A stretch of DNA of 64,000 nt from Raillietiella orientalis (Eukaryota). A program made the translations under genes and the position numbers. Every line of letters starts with the position of its first letter. Positions within the stretch are counted from its first letter, which is position 1. Below, in pieces: positions 1-11,994 of this stretch. Under the pieces are notes generated by a model. It saw nothing but the letters and a program-made list of their open reading frames with translations, made no database searches and was not told the origin of the DNA. Where the stretch lies: assembly GCA_036172245.1 (NCBI GenBank), contig JAYWIR010000009.1, positions 744,001 through 808,000 of the forward strand. The letters run 5' to 3'.

Positions 1-99
1 CGAGCTACCGAATTTCAGCGTCCGGTGCAAGCCAGCGCAAGGGGGAACCCAAATTTACCCCCGACTGAGCCGATAGGGAGATTCCTGCGTGGATCTCCA

Positions 100-2300
100 G
101 AGGGCGTCTCAGATTAAAGCTACAAAGAGCGACAGAGGAATGTTCCGGAGAAGTCATCTTCCTTCTCCCTCGACTCCTTCAAGAGCTTGTATATGCGGAG
201 GCAGAGAGTGAAGGACGATACGTGTGCACCCAGTCTCTGTACCATTCGTCGTTTCCAGCCTCTTCCGCCCCAATGCATCCTCCAGTTCCGGCGACAGCCA
301 GGAACGGCAAAGACAAATGAGAGCATCCCGCCGTGCGAATTCCAAGGAGTGCTTTCTGCTTACGTTGATCGGGATCCGGCCCTCTGCTGGAAGCGTCCTT
401 GATGTGATCGCAAGGTCGTCGCCATCGTCCTTCCAGAGCCCGCGTCCCGCGGCGCTGGCTGCTCCTTCGTCTTTTCACCTGCTTTTTCTCTTCGCCACTG
501 CTATGCTTCTAGGGCACCCATCCACGCAGGAGCGAACTAGGTGCTTCCTCCCCTTGGCATCGTCGAAGACTGCTCTCTGGTCATCAGCCGCGGGCCTTTC
601 TCAGAGAAACCCTGACGACGCAGAAGAATTCCTCTAGGGCGTGGTTCCGGACTCTACATCAAAGACATCCCTTGTCCCGGGGAACCGAGACTCTCCATCC
701 GAGAAAGCAGAAGACCGGTGGAGGTGGCCACTGCGAGGCGATCAGTCCCGAACGGTGGGTGATGGGCGCAGTTCAGGGAACCTGCTCATTTGAACTCGTC
801 ATCTGAGCGAGTGCACTGCGCACTCGACCTGAAGCGCACGGTTGCTGATAACGGTGCGACGGTGCATCCCTTGTGAACCCACAGGAAAAGAAAGACAAGG
901 TGTACTTTTCTGGAACCTACCCCAAGGACGTTGAGGAAAAATGGACTGGCGCTCCCAAGTGGCTGCTGCCTTTCGTCCTCTTCGAGCTTGCTGTTCGCGT
1001 CCACCCATTAGCTCGCCTGTGGAAGCAGCACCCATAATGGCCGAGTGGTCGCCACAGCAATAGCAGACTGGTAGTAGCAACAATGGCAATAGCCGAGCAG
1101 CAGTACCCTTGATGGCAGGTTTGTAGTAGCAGCAACGAGGGCAACCTAATAGGGCCACATTCCGAGTTCTTCCACCCGCCAGACTCAGTGTTCCGTTCAG
1201 GATGCGCTCTTCCTTCATCTCCCTCCCTTCCCGAGCGGTGTCTCCGAGTGAGTCAAGGGCTGAAGGGGATACTGAGCAGACGGGAGAAGATAAGAGGCGT
1301 AAACGAAGACAGTCTTTCTTTTTGCCCACAGAGATTTTTCCCTACGGAGAGTTTTCTCTGAGGTCGTTTCCAGAACATTCGAAGACATATTTGCGTGCTT
1401 TCCTCTCTCGTCCTCCTGTGTTCCTCAGCAGGAAGACCGGGACGGTGATTTTCCTCCAGGTCTACGTCCACGGAAGGAGCATCCGACACGAAGGTAAGGA
1501 AAGGTTCTACATGCCTCCCGAACGGGCAGCAAACGCTAAGTGGTCTTCAGAAGATGAAGCCTTCAAAAGCGGGAAGGAACATCAATGAATGACGAAGAAT
1601 AGGTAGAATAAAGATGACATGCCGAGGAATCAACAACAAACACGTAGGATGGGTGCTCATTTCATTCTTTACAAACGGCGTCTTTCTCAGAGAAATCCAG
1701 ATGGAGCTTGACTTCTTCTAGGAACATTTTTCAAACCAAGACCCCCTTCCGAGGTACGGGGCGCCGGCAGCCAGGTTTGGTGCTCCTCTGGCAGGACAGT
1801 TCCTTACACTCGCAGGCGCTCCCTCATGAGAAAGTAGCAGCAGCACAGGCAGGGGAAGAACGCTTCGTGGACGCCCATCAGCGACCGGCGGAACCACCTC
1901 AAGCCCGGTGCGCACGCAGCACACGCGCGTCTAATACTTCCTCGGCGGAACACCGAGCACGTCCATCGGGAAGGCAAGAGTTGGGTTTCGCAACGTCATC
2001 AACGTTTCTGTCTATGCGTGTAAGAGAATTGACATCGAGGAGATTCAAGAATGAAACGAGGTTGGCATTGCAGAAGGTCCAGAGACCTGATGAAGTCATC
2101 ATGGGAGCTACCTTGTGCTATAGATCACATAAACACGGTGGGCTCCGGGACACTGCAAACGTTCAACAGCTTCCTTGCGGGGAATCCACACAGTGCGGCT
2201 GCCTCTTCGGGAGACAGAGCGAGTTCCTGCGGCAGCTACCTCAACCCAGACTGCCTTGTCTCGTGAGAAGACAGGATGCTCTACGGTCATGATTTTTCAA
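100..2300 (-). mobile_element. Decayed L1/Tx1-like LINE ORF2 remnant (endonuclease-like to RT-like segments), fragmented
   Basis: Minus-strand peptide 1899-2102 contains NSLTRIDRNV, resembling the SRIDR motif of the APE endonuclease. Segment 154-345 (ALICLCRSWL...TTNGTETG) weakly resembles the RT region. Frames are broken, and the call rests on by-eye motif similarity only. Confidence 0.35.
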
Positions 2301-2636
2301 TTTCATATTCTCTGGGGAAAAGTGAACTTTCCTTCCTTTGCTGCTGTCAAGATCCGGTTGAGCAGAGACGAAAAGATAAGAGGGGAGGGTATCAAGAATA
2401 TCCTTTTCTTTTTTGTTTCCTGTCGAATCCCTCGAAGCGAGAAGAGATCATGAGCACGACCCGGAGGTGCCATTCCCGAAAAGCTCGCGGTCCGATTCCG
2501 AAAGCGCTTCCGTAGGTCAAAGGCGAATAGCCCTGGTCGACTGTCTCCGGGGAGACGAGATGCTTCTGTCAGATCTTCCGAAACGTAGATGAATTCAGGC
2601 TGCATTCGGTGTTGCCTGCCATTCACCAGTAAAAAA

Positions 2637-2661
2637 TAGCGTGAGGCAATGCCTCACGCTA
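2637..2661. repeat. Perfect 12-1-12 palindrome TAGCGTGAGGCA-A-TGCCTCACGCTA
   Basis: Read directly from the sequence; preceded by an A6 run. Confidence 0.9.
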
Positions 2662-4479
2662 CTATCGTCGGGTTCAATATGAACATTATCACGCGCAACG
2701 GGAAGCACATTTCTTACTTATTGCCCTCCCCAAGTTGACTCAACTGGGATCAAGTCCTGGAGAGTGCGTTTCCTTCGTACCCTACGGTGGGCAACGGTGA
2801 GAAGCGCCAGTAACCTTCCGTGTTCCCCCCAGCAATGGGGAGCATGCGTTCAATCCGTTCGTTAGTAACGGTCCAGGTCCGGCATCCACTGCATGAGGAG
2901 CGAGGGCTCACACGGACACAGGGCACGTGCTTCAACCGGTGGGCCCGCCGAATGAGCCTTCGAAGAACGAACCTTCCTCGACCCGCGCACGGGGGCAGAT
3001 CATTGCAACAACAGAGACGAAGCCGGGGTGGTGCCCGCTCAGAGCAGGATGGTTGCCACCCGGTCACGCCGGGGCGTGTATTATGAACTGTCCATACATT
3101 AGTGGTACTAGGCCCCACTACGGCCAGCCCAGAGAAGGAGGGGGGACGTTGCGGCTACCGCCGCGCAGCCCCACTCCCAAGCCTCATCAAGCACGAGGGA
3201 GAATCGGGCACTGCCGAAGGCGGCGCAGCAGGGAAACCGCGATAGGCTGAACTGACGGCGGTGGGCACGCTCATTCGCTTCGGAGATGCTCAGCCCTCCT
3301 CCCCTTCTTCTTTTAGACAGAGTGGTCGCTTCTTCTTCTTCCTTCCTTTCTTTCTTTTCTGCTCCTGATTTTAGCGTTGATTCACTTGGCATGCGTGAGC
3401 CCTTCCTCCCCACCCCCTTCCCTTTTTGCTTTTGTTTCCCTCCTCCCCCTCTGCTCAGCTGGAGGAGTGCGGTTTGCCCGTGAGCCCTTCCTTGCCCAGC
3501 GTTGCAACCGTACCGCTGCTGGAGCGAAGCTGACCGCGGGCTGGGAGCCGACGGGTGCCATTTGAAGAATGCCTGCCACTTTGCTTTCCTGCTGCAGCGG
3601 TATCGTTTGCTGCCTACGTGACCTGACTGGCTGAGATCGTTTGCTGTGTCTGTGATGCTCCTGGGTTGCGTAGTTTCTGGAGGAGTGTCGCGACGTTTTG
3701 GAGACGAGGAGGGAAGGGGATGGGGTGGGAGAGCAAGGAAGGGAAAAAAGGAAAAAAAAAAAAAAGAGTGCAGACTATTCGTCTTGGAGCGTTCTTATTC
3801 GTCCTATTTTGCCGCGAGAACGATGACTTCACGACGTTGGGAAGCGGTGCGTTTTCTCTGTTAATTATACGGAGCGTTATAAATCTGCAAAGTTGCAAGG
3901 GGATGGGAGCTCACAGGCACGAGGGAGATTCCTGATCCTCCAAGCCACGAAAACAATTTATTCTGCGATGTTTTTTCGATGATATACGGTGACCAGAAGG
4001 AATGAACGTGGGAACTAGATACGCGCAGGAGCGAAAACCGAAGCAGGGGAGAGGGAGGGAAAGAGCGCGCGAGAGGAAAAAGGCATCCTTTAGGGATGCG
4101 AACTTGAATGAATCAATACATTGGGCACAGCAGCAGCCCCGCTTTTTGCACACGGTGTGCTTTTGATGCGTGCAGCAGTAGCAGCAGCAGCGAAACGCAT
4201 CTCTCTCACGGTCGCCATCCGCCGGCTCTCCCCAAAACTGCGGCATGCCAAAAAAAAAAAAAAAAAGAAAGGTGCACATCCCAGGAGGGGGAGACAATCC
4301 CCTCCCGGCTTTCCCTTTTTGCCCGCGGGACGCATGCTTGCCTTCTGATTGTGGCGTAGCGCCACCTCGGGAAACGAGCGTCTCGGGACGTTGAACTGGG
4401 ACGAAAGACGAAGAGCTTCCTTCTTCTTCCTCTTGATCCACAGGGGTGGGTGAGTGGACACAAGCACTCAGATGAGGGG

Positions 4480-4810
4480 TCTGATGACCACACTGCTCAG
4501 AGCTGAAGCCGTCCACTTCACCCACGCAGCAGCCCTCGCAAAGGTTTCTGTCCCTGACGGTGAAGGAGGAGTCGAAAACGGGATCATCAAGAAGGAAGGG
4601 AAGTGACGCCCTTGATGCTGGTATGACTCTGCGATCCTGCGGGGTCCTCTGGCGTGAAGGACCCAGGATGCAGGGATGGCAGCAACGTATTTCGTCTCCG
4701 GAGCGGTCCAGTAGCTTGGAAACTTCGAGATGGGAGCGACCATTTTTTCGCGGCGGGGTCTCTCGGTCGAACTTGCCAATGGCTCTGCGCGAGAGACAGT
4801 TCAAGTGCGA
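4480..4810 (-). mobile_element. LINE ORF1 (gag-like) remnant with degenerate zinc knuckle
   Basis: Peptide EVSKLLDRSGDEIRCC...DRRVIPASRASLPFLLDDPVFDSSFTVRDRNLCEGCC...SSEQC follows the L1/Tx1 ORF1 layout (L..G.v..., R.v, LP..L, then CxxC). Confidence 0.4.
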
Positions 4811-5936
4811 GGAAAGGAAAAAGTCATGAAGGGAGCAGGAAATCTGGGAAACGGACAGATCTAGGACTGGGGATCAACCGAGAGAATAGGCGAAGGAGCT
4901 CAATCGGAAACGCCGGAAAAATGGTTGAGGAATACGCGAGAAAGAGATCCCTTGGAGATTATGTAGCAAGTAATCCGCCGAAGTGGTCTCGAAAAGGGAA
5001 GGGTCACAGTGAGGCCAGCACGTCACGTGGTCGAGGGTCAACTCGCAACACTACCCGAGACGGTCGCAGCCAATTTTCCGAGGGCTCACCTCGCAGACCG
5101 AGGAGAAACGCCCACACCGCACCTATTGAGCGTGCGCGTCGCAGCACGTGGACTCCGGGAAGCCTCCGGAAAAGACGGTGGTCCGATTGGTGCTGAGGTA
5201 GCCTGCAGGGGGTTCGTCTGCCAGAAGCACGCACGCGGCCTCGCCAAGCCTGTTGGTAGCATACGGCGAGGAGGCAGTGGCGCACGAGAAACTTCGCCTC
5301 ACTTCAGCTGCTAAGAGGGGCGTTTATCCGAGGTGACATGGCAGGGGAAGCGGAGGATTTTTCTTTGCATCGCTGATGAGAACTCGAACTCGCGTCAAGG
5401 AAAAGTGGGAGGCTCTTGCTTGGGAGATTTTTTCTTATTCATTCCGTTGTTCCGATCAGCGCCCTTGCGAAACCGAGCGGGGAGGAAAATGTGCAGCCTC
5501 GGGGACAGCCGATGCGGATGGTGGTGTTCTCAGCGGTGTGTGGCGCCAGCTGAGCCCGCGCCCGTTGTGGACACGCGGTCCGCGAAGCCTCCCAATCGAG
5601 TTCGTGCACCTTCTGGAACCCTGTCTGCCATCTACAGGAAGTAGGCGTGCTGTTAGTCATGCGTGGACATGCACAGAATCATCTCTCCTTCTCCTTGTTT
5701 TCCTCCCCTTCCTTCGTGTTACTTTGACACCCTCTGGATGCACGAAGTTCTCACCGACAACGAAGATGGACCGTGCTCAGCAAGGCTCCCTGACGATCGC
5801 TGATGGAAATCCTTTTGGATTCTTTTCTGTTTTCGATCGTTTCCTTCTACCTTCTTTTTTTTTTTTTTTCCCCAGGTTTTCGTTTTTTTGGTTCGGGCAA
5901 GTGCGGAAGAAACGTTCACCCGGCGACTCACGAAAC

Positions 5937-6571
5937 TCTTGAACTCTGTCCACGCCACCCGAAAGTCCGCGTAGTAACTCTTCTGGTTATGGGGTACCCC
6001 GGGAGGGAACACCCTATGAATGAATCCAGGAAGGGCTCTGGAGAAAGGAGTCCGTTCCTCTCACATTTGGTAGGGAACCCCTAAGGGAACCCCCTCGCGC
6101 TGGTTGTCTACGAAGGAAACCCTGGAGGGAACATCTTCCTTATTCTCTCTGGAGCGACCCCCCGGAGGGGGCCGCTCCATTGTTTCTTTTCCGAAGGGAA
6201 CCTGGAAAGGATCCGCTCCTGGAATTTCTTCTCTGGAGGGAACCCGCAAGGGAACCGCTCCTGGTTTCTTCCTCCTCTGAAGAGAACCCCGAAGGGACGC
6301 TTCCCAATTTCTCCGACGAGTCGCTCCCGAGGGAAGCAGCACATTTCACACTCTGGAGAGGTATCAATCCACCATCTTCATGGTACGCGATGGACGGCTC
6401 CACTTTCACAACCGGAGGGAACCGGCTGAAGGGAACTGGCTCCTTGATTCCTGGAAGGACCCCAGAGGGTCCACTTCCAATCCCGGCCCTCAACGGGGGC
6501 ATCCGGTTTCCGGCTTCTACCAGTGCCGCACTCGAATCTAGACCGACCAGCATTATCTTGCGGGAGGGAGC
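5937..6571 (-). mobile_element. tRNA-derived SINE-like repeat, copy 1 (5'-truncated, lacks head; subfamily shared with copy 3)
   Basis: Aligns by eye with 11232-11994, 19809-20424 (reverse) and 53381-54104. Shared blocks include TCCAGGAAGG, GGAGTCCGTTCCTCT, CTCTGAAGAGAAC and TCCTTGATTCCTGG. Contains about six ~40-bp tandem units at ~6105-6340. Confidence 0.85.
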
Positions 6572-6582
6572 TTGACCAAGGC

Positions 6583-7255
6583 ATTTATCACCCGGATATG
6601 CCGGGGCATTTATTATTAAAATTTGTTGCAAAATTCTATAATAAAGTCGATGCAAAGTTCGCATCGTGGTAGAACACTTGGTTCTACCACGCTCGAAGAC
6701 TTGTCATGAACCGGTACTAAGACCGGTGAGGTCCTCTCCAATGGCGAAGGGGAAGGGGAAAGCCAAACAAAAACAAACAAAAAGAAGAAAAAAAGGAGTG
6801 GAAAATTGTTTTAGGGGGGGGGGGAGGGCAGGGCAGGGAGTGGAGCACTACACTCTTGGATCGGTCCTCTGCATCCTCTCCAGGATGCTGACAAGTTCTG
6901 TTTTCATATTTTTTCGCTGGCGCCACCTCGTCGCGGTCTCCAAAAAGACCGTCGTCCAGTGGATGGCGTCTCTGCTTTTCTGACCTCTTCTTCCAGCGTT
7001 CCACCTCGCCAGGATGCCGCGAACGCAGCAGAGAACTGCGAAAGACGCAGCGGGACGTAGGCCATCACGCAGAAAGAGGCGTCGATAAATGACCTTAGGG
7101 TCGCCCACTGGAAGAAGGAGGATAGACGAAAGTCGATCCCAAAGTCCAACCAGGGCAACACACTCTATTAGAAGATGCGGGAAGGTTTCCCTTTCGCCGC
7201 ACTCTGTGCAACAGACATCCGCCACGACATACCCCTCATTTCTCGGCGTTGATCC
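6583..7255 (-). mobile_element. L1/Tx1-like LINE 3' fragment (ORF2 C-terminal CCHC zinc finger plus 3' UTR)
   Basis: ORF 6848-7225 gives CTECGERETFPHLLIEC, the CxxC...H....C motif typical of the LINE ORF2 C-terminus. The fragment ends in CCCCGG..CCGGGT followed by A-rich sequence on the minus strand. Confidence 0.75.
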
Positions 7256-7256
7256 T

Positions 7257-8260
7257 TGATTTTTTACCCGGTCACGGGGAAACGTTTCAAAACATTTTCC
7301 AAAAAAGCAGTCATATCAAATACAAAAATGTTTCTCTTCGTGGTGGCTTCACATCACTACAAAGGGAAATGCCGCCTCGGACGCGCTGCTTGTCGTGAGC
7401 AGCTTCCGCGGTGAGGTCCGCCAAGGAGCAGTGGGGGAAAAGGGTAAACAAAAAAAAACACACACACACACACATCAAAAGTTCAATTTAAAATGTTTGG
7501 AGGACGTCCTCAGCATCCTCTGGAGGATGTTGGCAACTTCTTCTCTTTGTTGTCAGGGATCTTGTCGCCTTCCTCACGAAGAAGCAGATGATTGGGATGA
7601 CCTCACTGTTCGACCGGCCTCTCTCCCCGACCGGCTTCTCGCCTCCACGATCTCACGAAGAGAAGCTGCAGGCGACATCGAGCCGCGCGTGAAGAGGCAC
7701 CGCAAAACCTCTCTGCCGTTGTCCATCGAAGGTGGGAGGTCCACAGCGAAGCGTTCCCTGACAATGAGGAAGGCAACACAATCCAGCAACAGGTGCGGAT
7801 TATCCACAGCGCACCCATTTCTCTGGCGTCGATCCTTTACAGGTATTCCAACCCACAACGCTCGACGTGTGGCGCGGAGACCTCAGCCACACGACCGCCT
7901 GCGCGGTCGCGCGACCTGGGCGATCCCCGCCTGCTTCCTCTCAACACGAGGTTCGTGTCTTTGGTTGCGAAAGACTGAGAGTCAACGGTGCGCGGTCGAA
8001 GAATCTCAATGTGGGCAGTGGCAACCGTGGAAGTGAGATCCTCTAAGAGGCATGCGAATGACTCGTGTCTGCCGAAGCAACTGCCCAGGGGATGGGTGGG
8101 GTTCGAGCAGTGTGGAAACACCAGAGCCGTTCCTGCTTCCAGAGCGCTCCCACCGGGAGACAGCAGGTTCCCCGTTCTCCCGCAGTTAGAATGAGGGGGT
8201 CACGGCGGCACGCGTGGAAGGGTTCCCGAGTGAGCTCTCCTGAAACTGCTGCCTTCGGCG
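7257..8260 (-). mobile_element. Second 3' fragment of a related LINE, abutting the previous one
   Basis: Peptides NGCAVDNPHLLLDCVAFLIVRERF and EEVANILQRMLRT parallel HLLIECVAL and TELVSILERMQRT of the neighbouring copy. Both 3' UTRs share CGGTGAGGTCC (plus strand). It ends in CCCCGTGACCGGGT-A7 on the minus strand. Confidence 0.65.
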
Positions 8261-9259
8261 ACAGAGCTTTAGTGGTAGCAGCCAAACTATGCTCCAGAGT
8301 CATTCCGGAGGTCACCCTTCTACTCTACGAGCTACCCCCCTTCACGCTAACACCCCTTTTAAAAAAAAAACGCCCTTATGGTTAATTACATCCCTTTCAA
8401 CGCTTAAATGACTAGGAACCCAAACCACCACCTCATCCCCATTACCCCTTGAATATGACAATCTTACCCCCCTTGTGCTTCCCCCCTGAGCTCATGTTCC
8501 ATCCTCAACAGTTCATTCAACACTTGGATTTTGCTAAATTGAAGACGGACAAAGGCAACCTCCCAATCAAGAGATAATGCCCCAAATTAATATTCTCTTA
8601 AACTACCACTTTTCCCATCCCTACTCTCACCATGGCTGCCCCTTTGCTCCACAACACAACAGAATCCCCCGGCGTGAGTACGCCAACCTATCGCGCCAAC
8701 ATCGGAGTCACTGCCCCTCGTCTGACGCGGGAGGAAGGAAAGGGGAACGGCCTCGGAGCGCGGTTCGGTGGAAGCGAATCCCTCGGAGGAAGCAGCGGCA
8801 GGAGCAAAACCGGAGGGAAGAAGGAAAGCGGTCCAGGCTGCCGCCTGTCACGACACGTCCTGTGTCGGCAGGCGCACCGACACGCGCGCTCGCTCGCGGC
8901 GGGAATCGTTCCCTTCGCGCACACAGCCCTCCCTCGTTTGGCTGCCCGTCCACAGACGGAACTTCTTTGGGGGTCTCCTCCTCCTCCGGAGTCGATGGCA
9001 TCTCTCGTGGAAGCGGCCACCGCACCTCGAGCTCGTCAGGTGCGAGCGGTAGGACCGAAAGGCAAATCGGATTCGGCCACGGCAGCTTCCGCGTTGCTCA
9101 TCCGAAAGGCAGCATCCGCAGCAACAGCGAAAACCGAGCACGGCTTGGTCACGGGATGAAGTCGCAGTCTCCCCGTCTCTGCGGGAAAGCGGGCAAGGAG
9201 AACGGAGCGGATGAACTGCCGTCCCACGTCCCGATCTTCGGACGTCGTTAATTATGCAA

Positions 9260-9289
<30 letters not shown>
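9260..9289. repeat. (TA)n microsatellite
   Basis: Read directly from the sequence. Confidence 0.9.
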
Positions 9290-9290
<1 letters not shown>

Positions 9291-11231
9291 TGGCGCAGCT
9301 CGGCGCACGGAGTAGGGGAGGGGAGGGGGAAAGGAAGAAGGGAACGAGTGCTTTCCTAAGTGCGAGCCTGGAACGAACAAGCAGGATGCCTGCTTCCCTC
9401 GCGACTTCTTTGCAGGAGGCCCGGCTCGCGTCCGGGCACGGCGGGCGTCCCGGGCTTTCGAACGGCCCGCCGCGCTCTTCCGCCGAAGAGCACGCGCGCG
9501 ACCGGCCGTCTGCGGTCGTGCGGCTCTGCCGCCGTGCGTGGCTGCCGAAAGCAAAGGTTAAGAAGCGATCAGAGGTTAAGGACACGCCGCTTTCCCTTCG
9601 CCGAACGCTGGCGCGTCTTCGAGTAATTGCTGACGTGGGTTGTCAGGTATCCCCGCACGCACGCACGCACGCACGAGGCGCGCGTTCCGCGAGACACGCA
9701 ACGCTCCCCGAAGCCGTCCGTCTGCGGCTTCCCGCAAGAAGTCTCCCTCCCCTTCGGGATGAGCGCGTCGGGACCGAAAGGGAAAATGGGGGCGTCGGAG
9801 CAAAAAGGACAACTGCTGGGCGGATGCGTTTTTGTGTGTGTGTGTGTGTTTTTTTTACAACGGTGTCGTCAGCCTCTCTCCTGCATTCTCGCCGAGCCCC
9901 TACTGGAGAAATGAAGAGGGGGGGCGGACCCCCTCCCAGCGCCCCCACGGCCTCCCCCGCGCTCGACCCCCCGGTCGAAGGGAGGCAGCCTGGAAGCGAG
10001 TATTCCAGAAGAAGTGCCTCCGGGTTCCCCGAGCCGTTTTGCCGAAATTCAAGTATTACACTAAGCAGAGGAAACGGACCAGAAAGCATTACCGGGAAGA
10101 ATTATGGCATCATCTGTTTCGAATAGTAATAATGTTTGCGTCGATAGATTGAAAATAGAAATTCGACTGGGATTTGGGAGGAGGGATTCGATTCCGGGAG
10201 CGCTCCCGTATCTCCCGTGCGAAAGCGGGCGGCGGACGCGGAAATCTCCTCTCCGTGTTTGCCTGAGTCTCTGTTTTATTTTTAAAGTTTTAATGTTCTC
10301 TGGAGGAAGGCAGGTCCCGGAGGAATCCGTGACAGGCTTCCCGTATTATTTTGGGTTTCCCTTTGATATGTTCCATGCATATTTGTTTGGCACATATTTG
10401 TAATTATTTTCAGACGGCAGACGCGGCCTCGGAAGCGATTCCTGCGCGAATCCCTTTTTTTTTCCTTCCTTCCTTCGCCTCTCCCTCTCCTCTGCAAAGG
10501 CGTGTCTGACGCCAGCGTGATGGTTTCGGGATCCATCATCCCGCGGGGCGGCGGGCGCGGGGCGCAGCCGCTGCGATCGCGCGGCGGCGTATCGAATTCC
10601 TCGCGCGCCCGGCGGGAGCGCCCCCGCCCTCCGCGCCGCCGAGGGGACGGGCGGCCATCTTGGATCCGCTGCGAGCCGTCGAAGGGGTGTTTCGGCCTCG
10701 GACGGGAGCGCGCGAAGAGGAAGCAGAAGAGGAGAAGAAAAACGCGCGCGCGGGCGAGCAGGGAGGGAGAGGGGGAGGGAGGAGTTTGCCGTGCTGCGCG
10801 AGCCGCCATCCACTGCATTCCCTAACCTTAATTATGATTCCATCATTCGTGGATCTCTCGCTGCTCAAAGACGGCCCTCGCATCCAAACGGCTTCTTGTT
10901 GAGATAACGACTTTCAGCACGGCGGATCAGCCGCAGCAGTTTCGCGCGATTCCTTTTGATTTCCGTCAGCTGCTTTCATCTCGGGATGAAACGGGGCTGC
11001 TAAACAGCGTTTTCAGTGCCTAAATAATTGATCATCATTCCGTTCGCTTGCGGATGCCCATCGGAAGGGAGGAAGAGAGAGACAAGTCGTAGTCGCCGAG
11101 CCGAGGAATGGGCAGCGCCTCTCTCGCCAGGCGCTCCTCGGACAACGTCCGAAATTCGGGTTCGTCACACGCTCGCTCGGAGGTCGCCACCCCTTCTCTC
11201 CCTTGGGTTCTTTGTTTCCACGCATCTCCGC

Positions 11232-11994
11232 CCACGGCAACCCACAGGGGGGCGTGCAATTCTTCAGGATAGGGGGCACCCCCGGATGGGGGTCCGCCCT
11301 ATGAATCCAGGAAGGACTCGGAGTCCGTTCCTCTGGCGCTTGGGGAGGGATCGCACCTCCCACCCTGGTTGTCTCCGGAGAACCCCGAAGGGAATCTCCT
11401 TCCTCATTCTCTCCGAAGGGGCACCCCCCTAATGGGGGGTGGTCCTCTCCATTTCATCTACTCCGGAGGGAGCCCGCAAGGGAACCGCTCCTGTTCAATA
11501 CTCTGAAGAGAACCCCGAAGGGACGCTTCCGAAACTCAGAAGGGTCGCTGCAGCTTCCCGCAGGGGGATCGCTCTCGCTTGCTTCCTTGCACTCTTCTGG
11601 AGAGGCGACGACTCGGAGGGACCCCCCAACAGGGGGGGGTCCGCTCTTTTGAACAACTGGAGAGGTGCCCGTGAGGGTTCCTGCTCCATCTTGAAACCGG
11701 AGGCGGTCCCCCGGTGATGGGGGTCCGCTCTCCGTTGCACGACAGGAGGGGGAACTCCCCGCTCCTTGATTCCTGGGAGGACCCGAAGGTCGACTCCCAT
11801 TGTTCCGGCCTTCATCGGGAGGCCTCCGGCTTTATCCACCGCCGGGGCCACGCCCGAATGTCTCGGCCAACCAGCGCCATCTTGCAGGAGAAACTCGGAA
11901 CCCAAACGACGCAGTGGCGTCAGTTATCTGCCGAAGTATATTCGAACCCGCGACGCACGGTGCCACGCGCGGAAGCCCTAACCACAAAGCCTCC
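11232..11994 (-). mobile_element. tRNA-derived SINE-like repeat, copy 2 (with head; subfamily shared with copy 4)
   Basis: Minus-strand head GGAGGCTTTGTGGTTAGGGC...CGCGGGTTCGAAT has a box A-like motif (11981-11992) and box B (11940-11948) at tRNA-like spacing. The body is homologous to the other three copies. Confidence 0.85.

Noticed and set aside
8577..8640. ATP8-like start MPQIN
   Set aside because: There is no following hydrophobic helix and no recognisable upstream tRNA-Asp or tRNA-Lys.
11502..11540. Hammerhead-like CTGAAGAG...CGAAAC in SINE copies 2 and 4
   Set aside because: GAAA is replaced by CAAT in copies 1 and 3, stem II is not canonical, and the motif lies antisense to the Pol III head.
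11930..11994. Functional tRNA genes at the SINE heads
   Set aside because: The acceptor and anticodon stems do not pair, and the heads are fused to a repeat body.
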